From an uncultured beta proteobacterium (lineage in GTDB: Bacteria > Pseudomonadota > Gammaproteobacteria > Burkholderiales > SG8-39), in assembly GCA_963716855.1 (NCBI GenBank), contig CAVQUV010000015.1, positions 11,164 to 75,163 on the forward strand: DNA of 64,000 nucleotides, read 5' to 3'. Positions 55,202 through 64,000 of the stretch are shown here, piece by piece. A program made the translations under genes and the position numbers. The notes under the pieces were generated by a model. That model was not told where the DNA came from, made no database searches, and saw only the letters and a list, made by a program, of their open reading frames with translations. Each line of letters starts with the position of its first letter. Positions within the stretch are counted from its first letter, which is position 1.

Positions 55202-57565
55202 TTACTTGAGCTGCACGTTGACGGCGGTGATCCTGCCGTCGAACTTGAACGGCCGGCGGTCGAAGTAGTCGAGCGACACGGTCGAACCGAGATCGACGCC
55301 GACATCGAAGGTTTCGCTGGCCGAGAACGCCGCGGGCACCGTGCGCTTCACCGTCGTGCGCGCCACTTCCTGCCCGTCGACCTTCAGCACCACCTCGGCC
55401 GGCGACAGCGGCTTGGCGCTGGCGAGCGTGGTCGTGACCTCGATGCGGCGCTTGCCGGGCGCAATCTTCGCCGCCGAGCGCGCGATATAGCGCTCGATGA
55501 TCATCATGTTGTACTCGTACACCAGCTGGCCCTTGTCCATGTACAGGGTGAGGCCCCCACCGGAGCCGCCCAGCGCGTAGAGCACGCCCGAGGCGTTGTC
55601 GCCGATCTCCGCGTCGATGGTCACCGTGCTGTTCTCGCGGCCCAGCCCCGGCGCCGTGAATTCGGGCATGCGCGTGGTGGTCGAGTCGAACTGCCAGCTC
55701 GTGTATGGCGACTTGATGCGGTCCTCGGGGTGCAGGCGCAGCCAGATGCCGGCGCCGAGCGGGTAGACCTTGTTCGCCCTGGCGAGCTCGATCGAACGTC
55801 TTCTGCAGCTGCGCGAGACGCTTCGGATCCTTTGCGGCGAGATCGTCGGCCTCCGAGAAATCCTGGGTGATGTTGTACAGCTCCCACTTGTCCTTCGCCG
55901 AATCCCAGTCGGCGAGGCCGGGTGCGCCGGGCAGCCACGGCACCAGCGGGCCGAACGTCGCCGCCACCCAGCCGTCCTGGTAGATGGCGCGGCTGCCGTT
56001 GTTGTCGAAGTACTGCACCTTCTTGCGGGTGGGCGCCTTGGCGTCGGCGAAGGTGTAGGCGAGGCTCACGCCGTCGATCGGGTCCTGCGCGAAGCCGTCG
56101 ACCACCTTCGGCGGCTTGATGCCGACGATTTCGTAGACGGTCGGCGCGATGTCGTTGACGTGGTGAAACTGCTGCCGCGGCGTGCGATCCGGCTTGATGC
56201 CCTTCGGCCACGAAATGACCATCGGGTTGCGCGTACCGCCGAAATGCGAGGCCACCAGCTTCGTATGGTGGAACGGCGTGTTGCCGGCCCACGCCCATCC
56301 GGCGTGATACATGCTGTCGGTCTTGGGCGAGCCGAGCGCGTCCAGGCCGCCGATCTTGTCCAGCGCCGCGAGCTGCTGCTCGACGGTGTTCGGGATCCCG
56401 TTCTGCGCCAGCAGTTCGCTGATCGTGCCGTTCTGGCCTTCGGCGCTGGCGCCGTTGTCGCCGAAGATGTAGATGACGATGGTGTTGTCGCGGATGCCGA
56501 GGCGCTCGAGCTCGTCGATCAGCTTGCCCGCCTGCGACATCCACGTGTTCGACGAAGCCGGCGTAGATCTCCATCAGCCGCCGCTGGAACGGGCGCTGCG
56601 CTTCGGGAATGCTGTCCCACGACGGCATCGATGCGGCGCGCGGCGTGAGCTTGGTGTCGGCCGGGATCCAGCCGAGCTGCTTCTGGCGCGCGAACACGCG
56701 CTCGCGGTAGGCGTCCCAGCCGTCTTCGAACTTGCCCTTGTACTTGTCGGACCACGCCTTGCTGACCTGGTGCGGCCCGTGCGCCGCACCCGGCGCCCAG
56801 TACATGAGGAAGGGCTTGTCGGGCGAGAACGCGCGATGTTTGCGCAGCCAGTCGACGCCACGCTGCGCGATGTCTTCGCTCAGGTGGTACTTCTCGTCGT
56901 GCGGCGGCTCCACCGCGGTCAGGTTCTCGATCAGCCGGGGTTCCCACTGCGAGGTCTCGCCGGCGAGGAAGCCGTAGAAGTAGTCGAAGCCGTGGCCGGT
57001 CGGCCAGCGATCGAACGGGCCCATCGCGGTGGTCTGGTCGGCCGGCGTGTTGTGCCACTTGCCGAATGCGGCCGTCTTGTAGCCGTAGTGCCGCAGCACC
57101 TCGGCCATCGTGGCCGAGCGTCTTCGGGATCACGCCGGTGTAGCCGTCCCAGTCGACCGCCCGTTCGGCGATCGTGCCGTTGCCGACGCGCTGGTGGTTG
57201 CGCCCCGTCAGCAGTGCCGCGCGCGTCGGCGAGCAGATGGCAGTGGTGTGAAAAGTGTTGTAGCTCACGCCCTGGCTCGCGAGTTTGCTGAGCGTCGGCG
57301 TGTTCATCTCGCCGCCGAACGTCGACGCCTGGCCGAAGCCGACGTCGTCGAGCAGGATGATCAGCACATTCGGTGCGCCCGGCTTGAGGTGCTGCGGCTG
57401 CGCGCGGCGCTTGTGGACCGAGTCCTGCAGCCTCGGTTTGGCGACGCTCGCCGAGGGGACCGACGGAAACGGCAGGACCGAGCCGTCGCCAACTGGCGCG
57501 GCCGCCAGGGCCGGCTGGAGCAGGAGCCCGCAACAGGCCACGAGCAGAAAGTTCTTGCGCCTCAT
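55202..57565 (-). pseudogene. large (~786 aa) arylsulfatase split by three +1 frameshifts (near 57118, 56538, 55790)
   Basis: Four consecutive ORF pieces together give one continuous sulfatase: signal...LLDDVGFG...[14 protein letters not shown]...GVIPKT / [22 protein letters not shown]...GFVEHVD / [31 protein letters not shown]...LQKTFD / ELARANKVYPLGAGIW...AVNVQLK-stop. Confidence 0.85.
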
Positions 57566-57661
57566 GCTTGCATCCTCACATCGGAAGCCGGAACGTACGA
57601 GCCTCTTTCGCCAGTCCGGCGTCTGGACAATTGGCTGCTGCCAGGCCCGCGGCGGCCAACT

Positions 57662-57892
57662 TCAGTCCGCCCGGGCGGCAACGGCGCGGTAGGTAACGGC
57701 TCCCAACACGGCCCCGACGATCGGCGCGACCCAGAACAACCACAACTGGGCGACGGCCCAGCCGCCGACATACAAGGCGACACCGGTGCTGCGGGCCGGA
57801 TTGACCGACGTATTCGTGACCGGGATGCTGATGAGGTGAATCAGCGTCAGCGCCAGTCCGATTGCGATGGGGGCGAAGTGCGATAACCGCAC
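57662..57892 (-). pseudogene. aqpZ: aquaporin Z 3-prime fragment (C-terminal ~75 aa only)
   Basis: [59 protein letters not shown] matches the second NPA half of AqpZ. No N-terminal ~150 aa are encoded upstream, and an in-frame TAG lies about 30 nt upstream. Confidence 0.8.
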
Positions 57893-58035
57893 CGATGTTT
57901 TCGGGAAGGTCCCGGGCTACTCAGTGCATGTTAGGAGCAGTCGCGCGACAGACCTGTCCGGCGGGCGACAATTACTGCGGCGGCCGCAGAGTTGTATCGG
58001 CGACTCGATGCACGGCCGACCATTTCCGGACATGG

Positions 58036-58068
58036 AAAAGCACGACCCCGCCGATGGGCGGGGTCGTG
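58036..58068 (-). terminator. rho-independent terminator of the OmpA-like gene
   Basis: On the minus strand: cacgaccccgcc-catc-ggcggggtcgtg followed by cttttcc. It lies 90 nt after stop 58159. Confidence 0.75.
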
Positions 58069-58158
58069 TACTTGCGAGGAAGATCCACCGCCCGGAAGAG
58101 CCCCCGCCGGGAAGAGGAGGGACGGCGGGGTGTCTACCGGGCGATGGGGGTTTGCACG

Positions 58159-59287
58159 TTACGGCCGTTGCGTGCCGGTCACCTCGACTTCGACGCGACG
58201 GTCGGGCGCCAGGCAGGCGATGAGCGCCTGCTGCGTCTTCGCCTGGCCCTTGGCCTTGCAGTCGGCTTCGGTGATCCTCAGCTGCGACTCGCCGCGGCCC
58301 TCGGTGGTGATGATCGAGGGCGACACGCCTTCCGTCACCAGGAAATCGGCGAAGGCGCGCGCGCGCTGCTCCGACAGCTTCTGGTTGTACGCTTCCGTGC
58401 CGATCGGGTCGGTGTGCCCGATCACCTTGACCGAGGTCGCGGTGAAGCCGGTCTGGCGAAGGGCGCTGATCACGTCGTCGGCCCGCTGGCGCGCGACGTC
58501 TGACACCTTGGCGCTGTCGAACGCGAACAAACCGTCGGCCGGGAGCGTGAAGCTCCGCGCGACCGGCTTCGGCGCAGGCGGCGGGGGCGGCGGAGGCGGC
58601 GCCGGCTTCGACCTCGGGTGCCGGGGCCGGCGGGGGCGGCGCGGCGCGCGGCGCTTCGGCCACACGCGGCGCCGGGCCAAGCGGGATCTGGAGGCCCACC
58701 GACGCGATCACATCCCCGAAGTTGTTGCCATCGCCGTAATGGCCGTTGTTGCTGTCCCACCGGTAGCGCACGTCGGCCACGAGGCGGCCCCAGGTCGTGA
58801 ATGGCCAGACCACGCCGCCACCGGCATTTAGCGCCCAGCTCCACGCGTTGGAGCCTCCGACGTCGTCGTTGATGGCGCCGGCACCCATGACAAGGTAGGG
58901 ATGCAGGGCGCGGTCCTGCCACATCGTCAAGCCTTCGCGCCGGGTCGGGAACCACAGCGCGTCGAGCGTCAGAGTCCAGTTCTTCCACTTGCCCGGCCCC
59001 CCGGATTTCGCGTCGAGCTCCTCGTACGCGGTGCGGAATTCGAGGTTCCAATTCGGGTGGACGGGCCGGCCGACCGTAAGACCGCCACCCCACCCGTCAT
59101 CGGCCTGTCGCTCGTTGTCGGTCCAGGTGTAGGAGCCGAACGGCGTGAGGTACCAGCGATGGTCGAAGTAGCGGCTCGGTTCGTAGGTCTGCTGCGTGGA
59201 AAACCATTCGGACGACTGCGCCTGCACGGTCAACGGCGCGGCCAGCGCGAGCATTGCGGCCGCCGCCAGAGTTGTTCGCTTGAACAT
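58159..59287 (-). pseudogene. OmpA-family outer-membrane protein (beta-barrel + Pro-rich linker + OmpA_C), one +1 frameshift in the linker (~58575-58640)
   Basis: GAGGAGAGGAA lies before ATG 59287. Signal MFKRTTLAAAAMLALAAPLTVQA and a barrel-like N-domain run up to ...PAPAPEVEA. The +1 frame continues PAPPPPPPPPAPKPVARSFTLPADGLFAFDSAKV...GHTDPIGTEAYNQKLSEQRA...stop 58159. Length is 1129 nt = 3n+1. Confidence 0.8.
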
Positions 59288-59592
59288 GGCGTGTTCCTCT
59301 CCTCTTATTGGCTGTATTTCGGTAGATCCGGCGCAACTCGCGCGCGGCCCGAGCGGGCACGGCGCAACGTCGCTACCCCCTAACGTTTCGCAGCGCAAAT
59401 GTACTGCGTTGCGGGAGGCCAGTCCTGATGGAGGTCTGATGAAGCGCCGTAAGCGGTCTCGTGACGATGCGGCGCGAGCCAGACCGCGGTGGAAGGTCTT
59501 GCGGGTATCGTGCTACTTTGACTTTCCGCACTCCGGCGGGCGCTGTGCGCGCCGGGCAAGCCCGGTCAATGCACGAGTCAACGTGCCGCCAC

Positions 59593-60468
59593 TCAATGCG
59601 GGCGGCCCCAGGCCGCGACCGCGCGCCGGACATGCGCCGATTCGGGCGCCGCCGTGGCGATGGCGGCAAGGCGCGGCGCGATGGCTGCGGCGTATTCCTC
59701 GAGCGGGATCCTTCGCGTGCCCGCGTCGTGCAGGGCGCCGCGCCGGGGCGCCGGCACGATCCGGTTCCCGTCGAGCACGATCCGCTCGACCATCTCCTCG
59801 CGCTGGCACACGAGCGCTTCGGCGACGCGGTCGAGCACGTGCCGCGAGCCGGGCAGGCCGGCGACGAGCGCCTCCATCCATTCGAGCCAGAACTCGACCG
59901 TCGCCGCATGAACATACCCGCGGGCGCACTGCGCCATTTCCGCGAGCGCGGGGTCGGCGTCTGGGAGGGCGAGCGCGGGGCGCAGCACCGCGAGCTTCGC
60001 GTTGACGCCGCGGTTGGCGAGCGCGAGCAGCCCGCCGAGGGCCGCGCCGGGATTGGCCACCGCGCGGTCGACGACGAGCCGCAGGACGTAGTCGGCGCCG
60101 TGCGCGCCACCGCCCGACTCGGTCACGTCGAGCCATGCCAGCTCGAATGCGGTCTCGGCGGCGATGCAGCGCTCCGGGTCCCCGCGCAGAAAGTGCACCA
60201 GCACGTCGCCGGCGAGCACGCCGTCGCGTACCTGGTTGCGGATGCGCGCGAAGATCCGCGCGCGCTCGTCGGCGGGGACGCGCCTGGCGTATTCGGGGTA
60301 GTAGGCCGCGAGGAGCGGATGGAGCTCGGGGTCGCCGCGGCCCGCGACGTAGAACGCGATGCCGGCCAGCCGCGCGAGGCGCTCGTCGTCGAGCTTCTCC
60401 CAGTCGTCGCAGTGCTCGAGGTCGCCCGCGACGTCTTCCGGGGTCCAGTCGCAATGATCGATTCGCAT
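59593..60468 (-). CDS. hypothetical protein (291 aa)
   Basis: Non-repetitive ORF divergent from the AraC gene, acidic N-terminus. I recognise no family. Confidence 0.55.
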   Translation of the reverse strand: MRIDHCDWTPEDVAGDLEHCDDWEKLDDERLARLAGIAFYVAGRGDPELHPLLAAYYPEYARRVPADERARIFARIRNQVRDGVLAGDVLVHFLRGDPERCIAAETAFELAWLDVTESGGGAHGADYVLRLVVDRAVANPGAALGGLLALANRGVNAKLAVLRPALALPDADPALAEMAQCARGYVHAATVEFWLEWMEALVAGLPGSRHVLDRVAEALVCQREEMVERIVLDGNRIVPAPRRGALHDAGTRRIPLEEYAAAIAPRLAAIATAAPESAHVRRAVAAWGRPH

Positions 60469-60605
60469 GCGGTGCTCCTGTTCACTGCGCGACGGCTCTC
60501 GTGAAGCCGCGGTAGCAGTCCGTGGAAACTCTGCGTACCTTACGGCGTCGGATACGATTTGCCGCTGTCCCCAGCCGCCAGCCAGTTGGTGCGGGACGCC
60601 ACTAG

Positions 60606-61524
60606 ATGGAGCGCTCTAACTCCGCCGCAGCGGCCAGCGCCCTGCTGTCTCCCGACCTCAACGTGTTCCGTGCACTCGAGGCGTCGTGGAGTCGACGCAG
60701 CCGCGGTGTTCCGTCGCGCCGGCTGCGATCCGGCGCTGCTGCACGTGCCCGAGACGCGCATCTCCAACCGGGTCAAGCAGCGGCTGTACGAGGTCGCCGA
60801 GCGGGAGACGGGGGACGCGTGCTTCGGGATCGAGGTCGGGAAGCAGGTGCGCGGGATCGCCCTGCACGCGCTCGGCGAGGCGATCGCGAGAGCGGCGCGC
60901 CACACCCGCGTGCTCACCGACTTCTTTCGCGTCGAGGTCCGGGACGAGCCGCACGGCGTGCGATTGATCGTCGTGTTCGCGGACCCCCGGGCGAGCGGGC
61001 CGCTCTCCCGTCACGACGCGGTCCTTGCCGGTTGCCTGAAGATGGGCCGGATCACCTTCGGCGACGCGTTCGCGCCGCTCGAGGCGACCGTCGAGCGTGC
61101 GCCGCCCGCATGCGCGCACCGGTTCCACGAATGGTTCCGCGCACCGATCGTCTGCGAGGCGCCGTACCCGAGCCTGCTGTGCCGGCGCGAGGACCTCGAT
61201 CGACCGCTCGTGACCGCGAACCCCGGGGTCGCTTCAGCGAGCGACCGGCTGATGACCGACTACCTGGCCCGACTCGATCGCGGCGACGTAGCGGCGCAGG
61301 TGAAGAGCGCGCTGATCGGTCGCTTGCCGGTCGGCGCGCCGACCCAGGCAACGATCGCGCGCGCGCTCGGCATCGAATACTTGCGCCGCAGCGATTACTC
61401 GGTGGGCGAGGTGGCGTACCTGCTCGGATTCGCGGAGGCTTCCAGCTTCAACCGTGCGTTTCGCCGGTGGACCGGGAGGTCGCCGAGCGAGTTCCGGCAG
61501 GCGCAGGCCGCCGCGGCGCCTTGA
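60606..61524 (+). pseudogene. AraC-family regulator (AraC-binding-like N-domain), +1 frameshift near 60687 and an apparent ~30-aa in-frame loss in the HTH region
   Basis: ATG 60606 opens MERSNSAAAASALLSPDLNVFRALEAS. Skipping one T continues GVDAAAVFRRAGCDPALLHVPETRIS.... The C-terminus GEVAYLLGFAEASSFNRAFRRWTGRSPSEFR is the second AraC HTH. Length is 919 nt = 3n+1. Confidence 0.8.
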
Positions 61525-61536
61525 ATCCGGGCCCGC

Positions 61537-62925
61537 TTAGCGCGAGACGCGCTGCGCGGTCTCTCTGACGCGCGGGATCGGCCGCGGCGCTCCCCGCTCC
61601 GGACGTTCGCGCACCAGCGCGACCAGGCGATGGAACTGGGCGTCCGCGCGGAGCGGGTCGAGACGAGGATCGGCGAGGATCGGGGCAAGCCAGCAGCAGC
61701 GCTGCTCGACCGCCAGGTCGAGCCACGCATACGCGCCCGCGCGGTCGTGAAGGGCAAGTGCTGCGGCCGCGTATGTGGAGGGCATGATGTATCGGCCCGA
61801 CGCGTCGCGCCGTGCGCGCTCGAGCATCGCGACCGCCTCGGCACGCTCGCCTTTCGTCGCAAGCGCGCGGGCGAGCGCGGCCCGCGCGCCTGGCGCGTCC
61901 GGCGACAGCGCCACCCACCGCCGCGCTGCGGCGAGTGCATCGTCGTGGTGCCCGAGCGCGTGGCTGGCGAGCGCCACCGGGCCGTATGCGGGTCCATGCG
62001 CGGGATTGAGCTCGACCGTGCGGCGCGCGCATTCGAGCGCGGTCTCGAACCGCCGGGCGGCGTAGTGCGCGTACGCGAGCTGGCGGTTAAAGGCCAGCGA
62101 GAAGGGGTCGAGCGCGACCGCTGCGCTCGCGCTCTGCACCGCCTCCTCCAGGCGCCCTTGCGCGACGAGGTGCGGTGTTGCCAGATACCGCGAGAGCGAC
62201 GACGTCGGGTCGGCTTCGAGCGCCCGCTCGAACAGGGCGTCCGCCTCCGCTGGGGCCCAGTCGATCACGCTGCGCACATGCGCCAGTACCGCGTTCGCGG
62301 CGGCGGTCCCGGGATCGAGCTCGAGCGCGCGCTTGGCCGCTGCGGTGATCATCGGCGCCAGTTCGCGCGGCCAGCCCTGTCCCCACCACATCATGACCAC
62401 GTAGCAAGCGCTCAGGGCGCCATGCGCCGGCGCATAGTGCGGGTCCCACTCGAGCGCCTGCTTCAGAATCGCGACCGCGCGCGCGATGTTCCCGGGCGAG
62501 CGTTCGTCCCACAGCCACCGTGCGTGCAGGAATGCCTCGTACACGCGCGGACTCACCTGTGACGCGCGCTCGATCCACGATGCGGAGCGCCTGCGGTTCG
62601 CGGCCGGGAGCAGCTCGCCGACGAAGCGGTAGCCGCGCCCGTGCACGGTCTCGACGTAACGATGGGGCTTGTGCACGTCCTCCAGCGCATGGCGCAGCGC
62701 ATAGATGCAGCGGGTGAGGCTCTCGTCGGAGGGCGCGGCGCCCGGCCACACCCGGTCGAAGAACTCGTTCTTGCTCACCGTGCGCCCCGGGCGCTCGGCC
62801 AGCAGGCGCAGCACCGCCCCCTCCTTGGGTGGCAGGGGAATCAGCGCGCCGGCGTGCGTCAAGCGATTCTCGGCGTCGAGCAGATAGTCGCTAAAACTGA
62901 TGGTGTTTGGAGTTTTCGGACTCAC
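61537..62925 (-). CDS. winged-helix (OmpR/CadC-type Trans_reg_C) DNA-binding protein with C-terminal TPR repeats
   Basis: The N-terminus LPPKEGAVLRLLAERPGRTVSKNEFFDRVWPG...YVETVHGRGYRF is followed by about 330 aa of TPR-like repeats. Confidence 0.8.
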   Translation of the reverse strand: MSPKTPNTISFSDYLLDAENRLTHAGALIPLPPKEGAVLRLLAERPGRTVSKNEFFDRVWPGAAPSDESLTRCIYALRHALEDVHKPHRYVETVHGRGYRFVGELLPAANRRRSASWIERASQVSPRVYEAFLHARWLWDERSPGNIARAVAILKQALEWDPHYAPAHGALSACYVVMMWWGQGWPRELAPMITAAAKRALELDPGTAAANAVLAHVRSVIDWAPAEADALFERALEADPTSSLSRYLATPHLVAQGRLEEAVQSASAAVALDPFSLAFNRQLAYAHYAARRFETALECARRTVELNPAHGPAYGPVALASHALGHHDDALAAARRWVALSPDAPGARAALARALATKGERAEAVAMLERARRDASGRYIMPSTYAAAALALHDRAGAYAWLDLAVEQRCCWLAPILADPRLDPLRADAQFHRLVALVRERPERGAPRPIPRVRETAQRVSR

Positions 62926-63574
62926 CTGGAAAACAATCAGAATTGCATCACAACCTTATCAGCATTGATAAACATCCGTCTAGCTCATGTCCAATTGTGT
63001 TGAATAGTCCTTTCGGCCTAACAGTTCTCTGCAAGATATCTCTCCTGGCAGGAAACGCCGATTTTCCGGACAGAAGTCGTGCTTCAGGGCGCGTGCTGAC
63101 GGACGCCCTCAGACCCGTGTTCCGGTCGAGGGCAGGCGGCGCTGCGCAGCCGCCGCGATGCGACGAACGGCTTGCGTTCCTTTCGTGGAACAGGATCCCG
63201 TCCCGCGCCGCGCCTGTCCTCGACACTGCGCGCGCGCTCCCACCCGGCGAAAGGCGAACGCCCGACGCTCGCCGCGCGCGTGACGTCAAAGACCGCGATG
63301 CGAGTAGGCGCGAGCGTCGCGTGACTCGCCTGCCGCCGCGCACGTTCGACGCGCGACGCGCCGCGCCGCGTGCCCGATCAGAAATCCGTCAGGACTGAAT
63401 CGCCGGCGGACGCTAGATTCACCGTCGAGCGCCGAGTTCCGGTGGCGATGCAAGGCTCCTCTCGCACCGGACGCTGCGCCCGAATCAAAGGGTTCCCTCC
63501 TCCTCCTCGGGGAGGCCCGCGCGAGCGGCCACCTTCCCGAGGCTTTTTCTTCCCGAACCGATGGGACGGATCGC

Positions 63575-63949
63575 ATGACGGCGCCAACGATGACTCCGCT
63601 GGGCAGCACGTACTGGAGACTCGTCGAAGTCGATGGCAAGCACGTCCCCGCGGGACTCTCCGATGCCGCCGAGCCGCATCTCCAGGTGGACTTCTACAAT
63701 CAGCGCGCCGCCGGGTTTACCGCAGTCAACCACTTCAGGACCGCGATCGACCGGCTCGGATCGCGCCTGCGCTTCAACGGCATCGCATCGACCCGCCGCG
63801 CGGGGCCGCCCCCGGCGATGGAGGTCGAGTCCGCGCTGATGCGCTCGCTCACGGCGACGCGCTTCTACCGCATCTTGGGCGACCGGCTCGATTTGCTCGG
63901 CGCAAACGGCGCGCCGGTCGCGAGGTTCGAGGCGCGGCTCGCGCCGTGA
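63575..63949 (+). CDS. META-domain (HslJ-like) protein
   Basis: LGSTYWRLVEVDGK...PHLQVDF...AAGFTAVNHF...LRFNGIASTRRAGPPPAMEVESALMRSL...ILGDRLDLL follows the META-domain pattern. The usual Cys residues are absent. Confidence 0.7.
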   Translation: MTAPTMTPLGSTYWRLVEVDGKHVPAGLSDAAEPHLQVDFYNQRAAGFTAVNHFRTAIDRLGSRLRFNGIASTRRAGPPPAMEVESALMRSLTATRFYRILGDRLDLLGANGAPVARFEARLAP

Positions 63950-64000
63950 CCGCCGGCGGGGCCTGGCGACGTACTGTGGCGCGCGCGCTCGCACAGCGCT

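Noticed and set aside
1102-60687. Programmed +1 ribosomal frameshifting as an explanation for the eight +1 breaks.
   Set aside because: The sites share no slippery motif, rare or stop codon, or upstream SD-like stimulator. The affected genes are unrelated housekeeping or accessory enzymes, and three sites fall in one gene. Insertion artefact or decay is more parsimonious.
62907-63639. ORFs 62907..63398 (+), 62948..63343 (-) and 63286..63639 (-) in the long gap.
   Set aside because: They are mutually overlapping and Arg/Ser/Ala-rich, with no SD or family resemblance. I treat the region as non-coding or unresolved.
1-64000. Search by eye for rRNA, tRNA, CRISPR repeats, IS inverted repeats, transposase, integrase and phage genes.
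   Set aside because: I recognised none. All intergenic gaps are short, apart from 2940-3392, 41584-42201, 46012-46188 and 62926-63574. Those gaps show no cloverleaf-like or repeat-spacer structure. Absence is not proven without tRNAscan, Infernal or ISfinder.

Overview
High-GC bacterial chromosomal segment, roughly two-thirds G+C by eye. The gene content (a Bug/TctC binding protein, an RND efflux operon, many Tat- or Sec-exported proteins and lipoproteins) suggests a Burkholderiales-like betaproteobacterium; this is inference only. I can support about 60 protein-coding features. They mostly lie in long co-directional runs with short spacers or overlapping stop/start codons.

Recognisable content:
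- A TIGR02466-type 2OG oxygenase, a SagB-type dehydrogenase and a halogenase-like flavoprotein (0.5-4.7 kb).
- An AtzG-like small ORF, an amidase, an ABC ATPase, an EamA transporter and TctC (5.1-9.7 kb).
- Three sulfatases, one of them broken.
- A Tat-exported MBL-fold protein directly followed by SCO1.
- A run of FAD oxidase, C45/AAT peptidase, acyl-CoA ligase and enoyl-CoA hydratase.
- A run of a catalytically dead HtrA-like protein, an intradiol dioxygenase-like protein, an APH-like kinase, GST, GNAT and a DHFR-like protein.
- An RND tripartite efflux operon bracketed by two DedA paralogues.
- A patch at 46-53 kb with small secreted ORFs, a decayed nucleotide cyclase, a Crp regulator and an orphan zinc-finger-less ClpX-like ATPase paired with unknown ORFs.
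- A decayed stretch at 55-61 kb: a broken sulfatase, an aqpZ fragment, a frameshifted OmpA-like gene and a frameshifted AraC gene.

I recognised no rRNA, tRNA, CRISPR array, transposase or integrase.

Two points stand out. First, eight frame disruptions in otherwise intact genes each require skipping exactly one nucleotide. This pattern suggests either systematic insertion errors in the assembly or ongoing gene decay, and it must be resolved before any biology is built on the affected genes. Second, the best candidate for an undescribed system is the ClpX-like ATPase with its two divergent unknown ORFs (49.6-52.0 kb). The many very long Arg/Ala/Pro/Gly-rich ORFs in the track are antisense or out-of-frame shadows typical of high-GC DNA.
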